DNA of 64,000 nt, taken from positions 249,976 to 313,975 of the forward strand of contig JBBAWM010000001.1 of NCBI GenBank assembly GCA_040397175.1. The letters run 5' to 3'. Shown here piece by piece: positions 20,574 to 31,254 of the stretch. The notes under the pieces were generated by a model. The model worked only from the letters and a program-made list of their open reading frames with translations, searched no databases and was not told the origin of the DNA. The first letter of the stretch is position 1, and the number at the start of each line of letters is the position of its first letter. Both the position numbers and the translations under genes were made by a program. Source of the stretch: Candidatus Limnocylindrus sp. (GTDB lineage: Bacteria; Chloroflexota; Limnocylindria; Limnocylindrales; Limnocylindraceae).

Positions 20574-21737
20574 ATGCAAGAGATCAAGGATCGCGCCGCT
20601 AGCCTCGCTGGCCTCGCGCTGGAGCGCGATGCAATCTTCTTGTATGACGCCCTCGCCAAGATCGAGAAGGATCCGGCACGTCGCAGTGCCTTTGAGCGCA
20701 TCGCCACGAGTGAGCGTCGCCATGCCGCCATCTGGGAGGCGAAACTCGTGAGCCTTGGCGAGCAGGTGCCAACCAGCAAGCGTCCAAGTTGGCGCGTACG
20801 CCAGATCACGATCCTGGCGCGACTCCTCGGCACACACGCGGTGAGCGACATGGTCAAGGCGCTCGAAGGCTTTGAAGAGGAGGTTTACGGCGCGCATAGC
20901 GACGTACCAGAGGTCACCGAGATTGCTGCCGATGAGGCGAAGCATGCTGACATCTGGCGCGAACTGGATTCTGGAAAGCCGGCCGGTACTGGAAAGGGTG
21001 ATGCCGCGCACCGCGGCGCACTAGAGGAGACCAAGGCACGCGAGCCGTGGCATCGAGCCGGGAACAGTGGCACGGTGCGCGCCACGATCTTTGGTGTCTC
21101 TGACGGCCTTGTCTCGAACGCCGCCTTGGTGATGGGCATCGCCGGTGCGACCACCGCCAGCGGTCAGGGCGGCTTCGTGGTGCTCGCAGGTGTCGCGGGT
21201 CTGCTTGCCGGCGCGTTCAGCATGGCTGCGGGCGAGTATGTTTCCATGCGTAGTCAAACAGAACTCCTTGAGCGCCAGATCGAACTGGAACGCGCCGAGC
21301 TCGAAGCGATGCCAGAAGAGGAGGAGGCGGAGATCGCCGCGATCTATCACGCACGTGGCTTCCCTGACGACGAGGCGAAGGCGATAGCAAAGCGGCTGAT
21401 GGCCGATCCGAAGATTGCGCTAGAGACGTTGGTTCGTGAAGAGCTTGGCCTTGACCCCGAAGAGCTTGGATCGCCCTGGGGCGCCGCGATCTTCTCGTTT
21501 ATTGCCTTTGCAATCGGCGCATTTGTGCCGCTCTTGCCGTTCATCGTTCTCAACGGCTCATCAGCACTCCTTGTAAGCATTGTCTTGACGGCGGCGGCCC
21601 TCTTCAGCGTTGGTGCCGCCGTGAGCCTGCTTACGGGTAAGTCGGCCATCTACACAGGGCTGCGCCAACTCGCGATCGGTGCCGGTGCTGCGGCCATTAC
21701 GTATGGTGTGGGTTCGCTAATCGGGGTCAACGTCTAG
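20574..21737 (+). CDS. Rubrerythrin/ferritin-like domain fused to a VIT1/CCC1 iron exporter (MbfA-like)
   Basis: N-terminal ExxH pairs (SERRH, DEAKH) and a C-terminal VIT1 domain (FGVSDGLVS, SMAAGEYVS). Confidence 0.85.
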   Translation: MQEIKDRAASLAGLALERDAIFLYDALAKIEKDPARRSAFERIATSERRHAAIWEAKLVSLGEQVPTSKRPSWRVRQITILARLLGTHAVSDMVKALEGFEEEVYGAHSDVPEVTEIAADEAKHADIWRELDSGKPAGTGKGDAAHRGALEETKAREPWHRAGNSGTVRATIFGVSDGLVSNAALVMGIAGATTASGQGGFVVLAGVAGLLAGAFSMAAGEYVSMRSQTELLERQIELERAELEAMPEEEEAEIAAIYHARGFPDDEAKAIAKRLMADPKIALETLVREELGLDPEELGSPWGAAIFSFIAFAIGAFVPLLPFIVLNGSSALLVSIVLTAAALFSVGAAVSLLTGKSAIYTGLRQLAIGAGAAAITYGVGSLIGVNV

Positions 21738-23535
<1,798 letters not shown>

Positions 23536-23553
23536 CGCCTACGGCGCCCTCGA

Positions 23554-25032
23554 CTAGAACCAGCGAGCGGTGATGACCTTCTTGGTGGTGTAGAACTCCA
23601 CGCCGTCGCGGCCGGTGGCGTGCAGGTCGCCAAAGAAACTCTTGCGGCGACCGCTGAACGGGAAGAACGCCATTGGAGCGGCAACGCCGACGTTCACACC
23701 GAGCATCCCCGAGGTCGCCGTGCGCTTGAACTCGCGTGCAGCAGATCCGGAGGCGGTGTAGATGCTGGCAGCGTTCCCGTACTCGTTGGTCTCGGCCATG
23801 AAGCGGAGCGCCTCATCAAGGTCCTTTGCATAGAGAATGGAGAGGACCGGCCCGAAGACCTCCTCGCGTGCGAGCGGCGACGTTGGGGTGATCTCAAGCA
23901 GTGTTGGGCCCACGAAGTAGCCAGTTGCAGGACCAGTGCCCCGCCCGTCACGTAGCATCGTGGCGCCAGCGGCAACACCCTCATCCACGAGCTTGTGAAT
24001 GCGATCGCGCGCCTCGCTGCGAATCACCGGGCCGAGCGAGATCCCAGCATCGAGGCCGAATCCCATCTTGATCGTGTCGGCATGCTCTAGGAGTCGCGGG
24101 AGCATGCGCTCGCGCGCTTCGCCGACCAGGGTCAGTACTGAGCCGGCCAGGCAGCGCTGCCCCGCGTTGCCGAATGCAGACTCTGCAATGTTCGGCACAC
24201 TCTGGTCGAGCACGGCGTCCGGCATGGCGATGATGTGATTCTTGGCGCCACCGAGTGCCTGCACGCGCTTCCCGCTCTTAGCCGCCGTCTCATAGACGAT
24301 GCGCGCGACACGCTCTGAACCGACGAAGCTGATCGCGTCGACACCTGGGTTCGTGATCAGTCCTGTGACCGTCTCTACCGCGCCGTGCACCAACCCCACC
24401 ACGCCTGCTGGAATGCCAGCCTCTTCGCAGATCTCGACAATGCGCTGCGCCGAGAGCGGGGTGCGCTCGGATGGCTTCAAGATGAAGGAGTTACCACAGG
24501 CGATCGCCAACGGCAGCATCCACATCGGCACCATGAACGGGAAGTTGAACGGAGTGATGCCGGCGACGACTCCGACGGGGAAGCGCACCATCTCGGAGTC
24601 AATGCCGCGTGAGACCTGATCGAGGTTCTGGCCCATGAGGAGTGTTGGGGCGCCACAGGCAAAGTCGACGACCTCAATGCCGCGGCGAACCTCGCCGGTG
24701 GCATCGCTCAGCACCTTCCCGTTCTCGGTCGTGACGAGCTTGGCCAACGCCTCACGATTATCGAGCATCGCCTCGCGCAGCTTGAAGAGGTAGCCGGCGC
24801 GCTCTGGTGGGGGCATCTCGCCCCACTCAAAGGCTGCCGCACGCGCGGCATCGACGGCTGCCTGCACATCGGCGGCATTGGAGAGGGGCACGTAGGCGAG
24901 GGGGGCCTCGGTTGCCGGGTTTGGCACCACCAGCCGCTCGCTCGAAGAGGAGGCGACCCAGTGCCCGTTGATGAAGTTCTTTAGGGTGGCCGGGGCGCTC
25001 TGTGCGGCCAAGCTTTCAATAGTTGTTCCCAT
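23554..25032 (-). CDS. mmsA: CoA-acylating (methyl)malonate-semialdehyde dehydrogenase
   Basis: ITPFNFP, KPSERTP, SFVGS, QALGGAKNH, GQRCLA and FFGDLHATG. Start trimmed to ATG 25032. Confidence 0.92.
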   Translation of the reverse strand: MGTTIESLAAQSAPATLKNFINGHWVASSSSERLVVPNPATEAPLAYVPLSNAADVQAAVDAARAAAFEWGEMPPPERAGYLFKLREAMLDNREALAKLVTTENGKVLSDATGEVRRGIEVVDFACGAPTLLMGQNLDQVSRGIDSEMVRFPVGVVAGITPFNFPFMVPMWMLPLAIACGNSFILKPSERTPLSAQRIVEICEEAGIPAGVVGLVHGAVETVTGLITNPGVDAISFVGSERVARIVYETAAKSGKRVQALGGAKNHIIAMPDAVLDQSVPNIAESAFGNAGQRCLAGSVLTLVGEARERMLPRLLEHADTIKMGFGLDAGISLGPVIRSEARDRIHKLVDEGVAAGATMLRDGRGTGPATGYFVGPTLLEITPTSPLAREEVFGPVLSILYAKDLDEALRFMAETNEYGNAASIYTASGSAAREFKRTATSGMLGVNVGVAAPMAFFPFSGRRKSFFGDLHATGRDGVEFYTTKKVITARWF

Positions 25033-25047
25033 GGCGAGATTCTCGCC
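25033..25047. promoter_or_regulatory. Perfect 7-1-7 palindrome abutting the mmsA start
   Basis: GGCGAGA-T-TCTCGCC overlaps the putative mmsA -10 box (GAGAAT on the minus strand, 25039-25044). Confidence 0.4.
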
Positions 25048-25161
25048 GATCTGCGCCCCGAGCGCAGCCCACGGCGTGATTGTCTCGCGCCACGCACCAC
25101 CAGAAGGGGGGTATCCTGAGGGGTAAGAGGGCGCGCCTGCGCCTAACCGGCGGGAGGGACC

Positions 25162-26499
25162 ATGAGCGCAGCCAAGAGAACCCCAATGAGTGGGCCAGAG
25201 ATGGTGGCCCTCTCGAAGCGTCACACCATGACCGAATGGTCTGCGCAAGCTGCAGCGAACCCAATTCCGATTGCCCGCGCGAAGGGCTCCTGGTTCTGGA
25301 CCCCCGAAGAGGAGAAGTTCCTCGACTTCAATAGCCAGTTGATGTGTACCAACATCGGCCACGGCGATGAGCGTGTGCTGAAGGCCATCACAGATCAGGC
25401 GGCCCTCCTCGCCTACGCGAACCCATTTATGGCAACGGAGCCACGCGCCCGACTCGGCGCGAAGCTCGCCGAGATCTGCCCTGGTGATATCGACGCCTTC
25501 TTCTTCACCAACGGCGGCGCCGAAGCGGTCGAGAACGCCTTCCGCATCGCGCGCCTTTACACAGGTCGTCACAAGATCGCCGCACGCTATCGCTCGTATC
25601 ACGGCGGAACCTCTGGAGCGCTCAGCGCAACAGGCGACCCGCGTCGCTGGTTCGCGGAGCCCGGCATGCCTGGCATCTTCCGCATCCCAGACTTCCACGA
25701 CTACGGCGCACCAGAGCCACGCCCGGTGGCCGACGTCCTTGCGGAGACCGAGAAGATCATTCGCTTCGAAGGTCCACAGACCGTCGCCGCGATTATTGTC
25801 GAGCCGGTTGTGGGCACCAACGGCATCCTCATTCCGCCCGATGGCTATATGCAGGGCCTGCGTGACATCTGCGACCGCCACGGCATTCTGCTGATTGCCG
25901 ACGAGGTGATGGCTGGATTCGGCCGAACAGGGAAGTGGTTCGCCATTGACCACTCAGGCGTCGTGCCCGACATGATCACCATGGCGAAGGGTTTGACCAG
26001 CGCCTATGTGGCACTCGGTGCACTTGGCATGCGACGACCGATCGCCGATCACTTCGCCGAGAAGGTGTTCGGTGGTGGGTTGACCTACAACAGCCATCCG
26101 CTCGCCTGCGCGACTGCCCTCGCCACCATCGAGGTCTACGAGGAGGACGACCTGATCACCCGCGCCGCAACGATGGGGAAGACGCTCCGTGCGCATCACG
26201 AGCGGATGAAGGCGAAGCACCCCTGTGTCGGTCCAATTCGAAACATTGGCTTGTTCGGAATCATTGAACTCGTGCGCGATCCGAAGACGCAAGAGCCGAT
26301 CACGGCGTTCAATACGAGCGCACCAGAGATGGCGGCGCTCGGAGCGTTCTTCCGGAAGAACGGCCTCTATACAATCGTGCGATGGAATGGATTCTTCACG
26401 AATCCACCGCTCATCATCACGAACGAAGAGCTCGACTTTGCGTTTGATGTGATCGACCGCGGCCTGACAGAGGTTGACAAGGCCCTCGGGCTGGCATGA
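25162..26499 (+). CDS. Class-III omega-amino acid aminotransferase (beta-alanine/taurine-like)
   Basis: FLDFNSQLM, NGGAEAVE, SYHGGT, ADEVMAGFGRTG and MAKGLT; divergent from mmsA. Confidence 0.87.
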   Translation: MSAAKRTPMSGPEMVALSKRHTMTEWSAQAAANPIPIARAKGSWFWTPEEEKFLDFNSQLMCTNIGHGDERVLKAITDQAALLAYANPFMATEPRARLGAKLAEICPGDIDAFFFTNGGAEAVENAFRIARLYTGRHKIAARYRSYHGGTSGALSATGDPRRWFAEPGMPGIFRIPDFHDYGAPEPRPVADVLAETEKIIRFEGPQTVAAIIVEPVVGTNGILIPPDGYMQGLRDICDRHGILLIADEVMAGFGRTGKWFAIDHSGVVPDMITMAKGLTSAYVALGALGMRRPIADHFAEKVFGGGLTYNSHPLACATALATIEVYEEDDLITRAATMGKTLRAHHERMKAKHPCVGPIRNIGLFGIIELVRDPKTQEPITAFNTSAPEMAALGAFFRKNGLYTIVRWNGFFTNPPLIITNEELDFAFDVIDRGLTEVDKALGLA

Positions 26500-27518
26500 G
26501 CGACGCTCGCGTCGGCGAGGGAGTGCCACCACCAGTGATTACGGTGGTGCAGCGAGGCCAGATCACCGAGTCGGCACACCGCGGCGATGTGGTCGTGGTG
26601 GGCATCGGAGGTCACTTGGCTGCAAGCGTCGGAGAGCCAGATCGACTGATCTCTTTGCGGAGCTCCGTGAAGCCCTTTACCGCAGTGGCGGTGCTCGCCG
26701 CAGCAGACGAGGCCGGTCTCACGCTCGACGACGAGATGATCGCACTCGCCTCGGCGAGCCATGCGGGAGCGGACGAGCACACGGCGGTGGCGCAGCGCAT
26801 GGTTGACATCTTCGGGCTGAACCCAGCACACCTCGTACATGGCCGTCCGCAGAGCTCGCGTGGTGGCAGCGGTGAGCTGCTCGCGCACATGTGCTCTGGG
26901 CAGCACCTCTCACTCTTGCTGCTGGCGAAGGCACGTGGATTCGATCCGATTGGGTATGACGCCTTTGATCACCCCGTGCAGCGCGAGCTGCGCACCGTGG
27001 TTGGTGAGCTGCTGAGCGTCGACCTACAGGCGGCTCCATGGGGGATTGATGGCTGTGCGATCCCCACCTCGGCGATCCCACTTCGCGCGGCGGCTGAGGG
27101 GGCGCGGCGCTGGGCCACCCCGCACGACCCACTCGTATCGGAGCGCTACCGCGCGCTGCTTGAGCGCGTTCGGTTCGCCGCCGTCAGCCACCCGCGCCTC
27201 ATCTCTGGGGCAGGCTCTCTCGATACCGATCTCATTCGTGGCGGCGAGGGTCTCGTTGTGGCGAAGCAAGGCGCTGAGGGGCTCTGCCTCGTTGGCCTGC
27301 CGGGCTATGGCATCGCGGTGCGCACCGAGGATGGTGATGCTGCGGCACGCGCTGGGCGCGTCGCGACCGTAGCCGTACTTGCGGCGATCGGTGCCAGCGT
27401 CGCCGCAGCCACATCGCTCGAGGCGCATCGCATCGTGAACCTTGCCGATCCGCGGGGCGGCGCAGCACTCGCCACGGTATCTCCAGCAGCATCGCTTTCG
27501 CTGCTTAAGGTTTCGTAG
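26496..27518 (+). CDS. L-asparaginase II (class 3, Rhizobium etli-type) family protein
   Basis: RG..ESAHRG, RSSVKP, ASHAG, CSGQH, IDGC and AKQGAEG. Confidence 0.8.
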   Translation: MSDARVGEGVPPPVITVVQRGQITESAHRGDVVVVGIGGHLAASVGEPDRLISLRSSVKPFTAVAVLAAADEAGLTLDDEMIALASASHAGADEHTAVAQRMVDIFGLNPAHLVHGRPQSSRGGSGELLAHMCSGQHLSLLLLAKARGFDPIGYDAFDHPVQRELRTVVGELLSVDLQAAPWGIDGCAIPTSAIPLRAAAEGARRWATPHDPLVSERYRALLERVRFAAVSHPRLISGAGSLDTDLIRGGEGLVVAKQGAEGLCLVGLPGYGIAVRTEDGDAAARAGRVATVAVLAAIGASVAAATSLEAHRIVNLADPRGGAALATVSPAASLSLLKVS

Positions 27519-27521
27519 GCC

Positions 27522-28223
27522 ATGTCAGCAGCGAAAATGCGCGTAGAAGAGGCGTGGCGAGTACTTGGTCTCCCTGCTCGGCCATCTGCACTTGCCATCA
27601 AGATCTCCTTCCGCCGATTAGCAAAGTCAACGCATCCTGATGCAATTGGGGGTGGTGAGGCGACGACTTTGCAGTTCGCGCGGATCACAGAGGCGCATGA
27701 GGTTGCACTCGCAGACGCGATTGCCGCGGGACGACTCGTTGGGCCCGGTCGTGATCAGCCAGCAAATCGCCCAACACCGGCGCCTCGCCGTGCAGCGCAG
27801 CCGCCGCGACCTAAGTCTGGCGCACAACCGACAGCGAGTGCACGTCCCGGCTCCACGACATATGACGGAGCGACGGAGGAGGAACCGGTCTGGGATGGAG
27901 CCGCCTGGGTTGGCGCGGACTCGGGCACGTACTGGACCGTCAATCCGCGCGAGTATGCCGACCCTCGCAAGCATGGCCCCGAGTATCGAGCCCGAGGAAA
28001 ACGACCTGTTCGGCGAACGCCGCGCGAACGCACGCAAGCGGAACTTGTTGCGCGACCTCAGAGAGCAGGTACACGTGGCGTGGAACGAACTACCTCACTC
28101 GCCGTTGGCGCAGCCTCGCTCGTTCTCATTGCGGTGCTGGTGAGCGGCTCACTTCGCCTGCTCGCGGCTGCGGCCCTCTTTGCACTCCTCGCGTTTGCGG
28201 CCGTGAGCCGGCGTCGTAGGTAG
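27522..28223 (+). CDS. J-domain (DnaJ-like) protein with C-terminal transmembrane anchor
   Basis: WRVLGL...FRRLAKSTHPD J-domain, Pro-rich linker and hydrophobic C-terminus ending RRRR. Confidence 0.75.
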   Translation: MSAAKMRVEEAWRVLGLPARPSALAIKISFRRLAKSTHPDAIGGGEATTLQFARITEAHEVALADAIAAGRLVGPGRDQPANRPTPAPRRAAQPPRPKSGAQPTASARPGSTTYDGATEEEPVWDGAAWVGADSGTYWTVNPREYADPRKHGPEYRARGKRPVRRTPRERTQAELVARPQRAGTRGVERTTSLAVGAASLVLIAVLVSGSLRLLAAAALFALLAFAAVSRRRR

Positions 28224-28226
28224 GAT
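28221..28226 (+). promoter_or_regulatory. -10 box TAGGAT built on the upstream TAG stop, 7 nt before the DtxR-family ATG
   Basis: TAGGAT-cagggct-ATG. Confidence 0.55.
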
Positions 28227-28233
28227 CAGGGCT

Positions 28234-28959
28234 ATGGCAACCACACGTCGAGCAGCTATCACAGCGGCGGCGCAGGAGTACCTGCTCGCCTTCCGCAGCC
28301 ACAGCGACGATGAGGGGGTCACCCCGTCACTCGTCGCGAAGGATCTCGAGGTCAGCAAGCAGGCGGCCGCTGAGATGTTCCGCCGACTCGCCGATGACCG
28401 ACTGATCGCGCCGTGCAGCGGGCATGCGCGGCTCTGGAAACTCACCACGTCAGGCGAGAGCGCCGCCGATGCCGTCTTCCGCCGGCACGCGCTTCTAGAG
28501 TGGCTACTGACGGGCGTCGTCGGTATGCCGTGGGCGGCGGCCGATGTAGAGGCGCGACGACTGCACTCATCGATCTCGCCCGAGTTTGAGACGCGCCTCG
28601 ATGAGATGCTCGGCCATCCGCAGACTTGCCCGCACGGGAATCCGATCGATCGGGCAACCGAAGCTCGGCGCCCGAAGGGGGAGCCACTCGCATCACTCGA
28701 GGCGGGTGAGGCGGCCACGATCTATCGCGTTACCGAGGCGGCCGAGGCTGACGCCGCACTGCTCAGCTACCTCGAGGCACGTGGGCTCGTCCCTGGCGCA
28801 AAGATCACCGTCCTCTCTCGGAGCGCATCGCTGGATTCGCTCACGCTGGATGGGCCGATCGGTCGAGCCTCACTTGGCCTCCGTCCCGCTGCGCTCGTGC
28901 ACGTCATACGCGGTGCCGTTGATGCTGCCCTCTTCCACCAGATTCCGGTCCGACCATGA
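28234..28959 (+). CDS. DtxR/IdeR/MntR-family transcriptional regulator with FeoA domain
   Basis: QEYL, wHTH, RRHALLE, HPQTCPHGNPI and an SH3/FeoA-like C-terminus (GLVPGAKITV). Confidence 0.85.
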   Translation: MATTRRAAITAAAQEYLLAFRSHSDDEGVTPSLVAKDLEVSKQAAAEMFRRLADDRLIAPCSGHARLWKLTTSGESAADAVFRRHALLEWLLTGVVGMPWAAADVEARRLHSSISPEFETRLDEMLGHPQTCPHGNPIDRATEARRPKGEPLASLEAGEAATIYRVTEAAEADAALLSYLEARGLVPGAKITVLSRSASLDSLTLDGPIGRASLGLRPAALVHVIRGAVDAALFHQIPVRP

Positions 28960-30458
28960 GTGACGTCGTGCGCGTTCGCATTGCGCCGAGCCCAACAGGG
29001 CCGTTCCACATCGGTACGGCGCGCACGGCGCTCTTCAACCTGCTCTACGCGCGACGGCATGGCGGCATGTACATCGTGCGCGTCGAAGATACCGACACGG
29101 CACGCTCCACCAAGGAGTTTGAGGCCGACATTCTTGCCGGCCTCGCCTGGCTCGGGCTTGCAGCCGATGAGGGTGTCGTTGCAGACGGGGAGCGTGGCGA
29201 TCGTGGTCCCTATCGACAATCTGAGCGGAGCTCGCGCTATACGGCCGTCGCGAACGAACTCCGCGCCAAAGGGCTGACCTACCCCTGCTTCTGCACCGCA
29301 GGCGATCTCGACGCAGAACGAAAGGCTCGCGAGGCGGCGAAGCTCCCGCCGCGCTACTCCGGCCGCTGCGCCGCAATCCCCGCCGAAACCTCAACCGCAC
29401 GAATCGCTGCAGGCGAATCGGCCGCTCTGCGCTTCCGCATCAAGCCGGGCGTCGTTGTCATTGACGACCTTGTCCGTGGGCGGGTGGAGATCGACAGCGA
29501 CGCCTTGGGTGGCGACCTGGTGATCTTGCGCGCCGATGGCACGCCGCTCTACCACTTCACCGTGGTGGTCGACGATGCTGACATGGGGATCACGCACGTC
29601 ATTCGCGGCGAAGACCACCTCTCCAATACGCCGAAGCACATCCTCCTCTTTGAGGCGCTCGGCGTGCCGTTGCCGAAGTTTGCACACCTGCCACTGATCT
29701 TGAATCCTGACCGCACCAAGATGAGTAAGCGTAAGAGTCAAACCGCGCTGGTGGACTACCGTGCCGAGGGTTTCCTCGTCGAGGCGCTCGTGAACTTCCT
29801 CGCCCTGCTCGGCTGGTCGACGGGGAGCGAAGACGAAGTGCTCTGCATTGATGAGCTGCAGGAGCGTTTCAACCTTGAGCATGTGCAGAAGGCGGGCGCG
29901 GTGTTTGATCGGACCCGACTGGAGTGGCTGAACGGACAATGGATTCGACGGCTGAGTAACGAGGAGTTGCTCGTCCGGCTACGCCCCTTCTACGAGGCTG
30001 CAGCAGCGAGCGGTGCGCTGCAGCGCCGGGCCAGCGATGCCGAGATCGTCGCGCTGATTCCACTGATCCGCGATCGCATCCCGCTCCTCTCGTCGGCCGT
30101 TGTGCTCACTGATTTCCTCTTCGCTACCGCGCTAGAGCATGATCGTGCCGCACTCGTACCTAAGCGTTGGGATGCCGCCACAACCTTGCAGGCGCTCGCA
30201 GCGGCACGCCCACTGATCGCCGAAGCGATCGGTGAGGGCGACCGGCCACTGCTCGACGCAGAGGATCCACTCGAGGTGCAGCTCCGTTCGCTCGCCGAGA
30301 CGTCGGGCTGGAAGTCGGGCGATCTCTTCATGGCCCTCCGTGTCGCGGTAACGGGGCGAACGGCAACGCCACCGCTCTTCGACAGCATGCGCCTTCTCGG
30401 TCGTGCGCGTGTGCTGGCGCATCTCGACGCCGCTGTGGCACTGGTGAGCGGCAACTAG
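28956..30458 (+). CDS. gltX: Glutamate--tRNA ligase
   Basis: RVRIAPSPTG, HIGT (HIGH), RGEDHLSNTPKH and KMSKR. Confidence 0.96.
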   Translation: MSDVVRVRIAPSPTGPFHIGTARTALFNLLYARRHGGMYIVRVEDTDTARSTKEFEADILAGLAWLGLAADEGVVADGERGDRGPYRQSERSSRYTAVANELRAKGLTYPCFCTAGDLDAERKAREAAKLPPRYSGRCAAIPAETSTARIAAGESAALRFRIKPGVVVIDDLVRGRVEIDSDALGGDLVILRADGTPLYHFTVVVDDADMGITHVIRGEDHLSNTPKHILLFEALGVPLPKFAHLPLILNPDRTKMSKRKSQTALVDYRAEGFLVEALVNFLALLGWSTGSEDEVLCIDELQERFNLEHVQKAGAVFDRTRLEWLNGQWIRRLSNEELLVRLRPFYEAAAASGALQRRASDAEIVALIPLIRDRIPLLSSAVVLTDFLFATALEHDRAALVPKRWDAATTLQALAAARPLIAEAIGEGDRPLLDAEDPLEVQLRSLAETSGWKSGDLFMALRVAVTGRTATPPLFDSMRLLGRARVLAHLDAAVALVSGN

Positions 30459-30465
30459 CGTTTAC

Positions 30466-31203
30466 ATGGCGATAACACCGCTCCCTCAGAGTGACGCGGT
30501 GCCAGAACGACCAATCAAGATTCTGCTGGTTGAAGATGAGCGAGCGCTTCGTGAGGCGCTCGCCGACGCGCTGACGAGCGAAGGCTTTACGGTCACGCAG
30601 GCCGAAACTGGCGCTGCTGGGCTTGCCGCCTTTCGCGCAACTCCGCCTGACCTGATCCTGCTCGACCTGATGCTCCCCGAGATGGGCGGCATCGAGGTGT
30701 GTCGGTCGATTCGCAGTAGTTCGCGCGTGCCGATCATCATGGTCACGGCAAAGGCGTCCGAGGCAGATCGCATCAGCGGTCTTGACCTTGGCGCCGATGA
30801 CTATGTGACGAAGCCATTCTCCTCACGAGAGCTCGTTGCCCGTATTCGAGCGGTGCTCCGGCGCCAGGCGGCGGCACCTGCCCCCGTAACGACGGGCTCC
30901 CATTTCCGCATCGCAGAGGCAGAGGTCGACCTCGAAGGCCAACGGGTGCTACGTGACGGTGCCGCCGTACACCTCAAGCCGAAGGCCTTCCAGCTCCTCG
31001 CCTTCCTCATCGAGAACGCGGGTCGCGTCTATACACGGGAGCAGCTCCTCGACAAGGTGTGGGGCTACGACTACGCAGGTGAAACTCGCACGGTCGACGT
31101 GCACATGCACGCCCTGCGCCAGGCAATGGAGGCGATCCCAGCCGAGCCCGTCGCCCTCCAGACCGTCCGCGGAATCGGCTACGTCCTGCGCCGCCCAGCC
31201 TGA
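30466..31203 (+). CDS. OmpR/PhoB-family response regulator (PhoP/RegX3-like)
   Basis: LLVEDE, LLDLMLP, GADDYVTKPF, RTVDVH and TVRGIGY. Confidence 0.92.
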   Translation: MAITPLPQSDAVPERPIKILLVEDERALREALADALTSEGFTVTQAETGAAGLAAFRATPPDLILLDLMLPEMGGIEVCRSIRSSSRVPIIMVTAKASEADRISGLDLGADDYVTKPFSSRELVARIRAVLRRQAAAPAPVTTGSHFRIAEAEVDLEGQRVLRDGAAVHLKPKAFQLLAFLIENAGRVYTREQLLDKVWGYDYAGETRTVDVHMHALRQAMEAIPAEPVALQTVRGIGYVLRRPA

Positions 31204-31241
31204 CCCGTAGGCTCCTCCTGAACGAGAGCCCCGCGCGCGGG

Positions 31242-31247
31242 TAGGAT
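31242..31247 (+). promoter_or_regulatory. -10 box TAGGAT 7 nt before the proS ATG (probable leaderless promoter)
   Basis: TAGGAT-tgacccc-ATG with no SD. Confidence 0.6.
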
Positions 31248-31254
31248 TGACCCC

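Noticed and set aside
25033-25953. 799-aa version of mmsA suggesting a fusion
   Set aside because: The extension is antisense to the aminotransferase at 25162; the ALDH begins at 25032.
31204-31254. T-box riboswitch ahead of proS
   Set aside because: Only about 50 nt are available, there is no T-box motif, and a -10 box sits right before the ATG.
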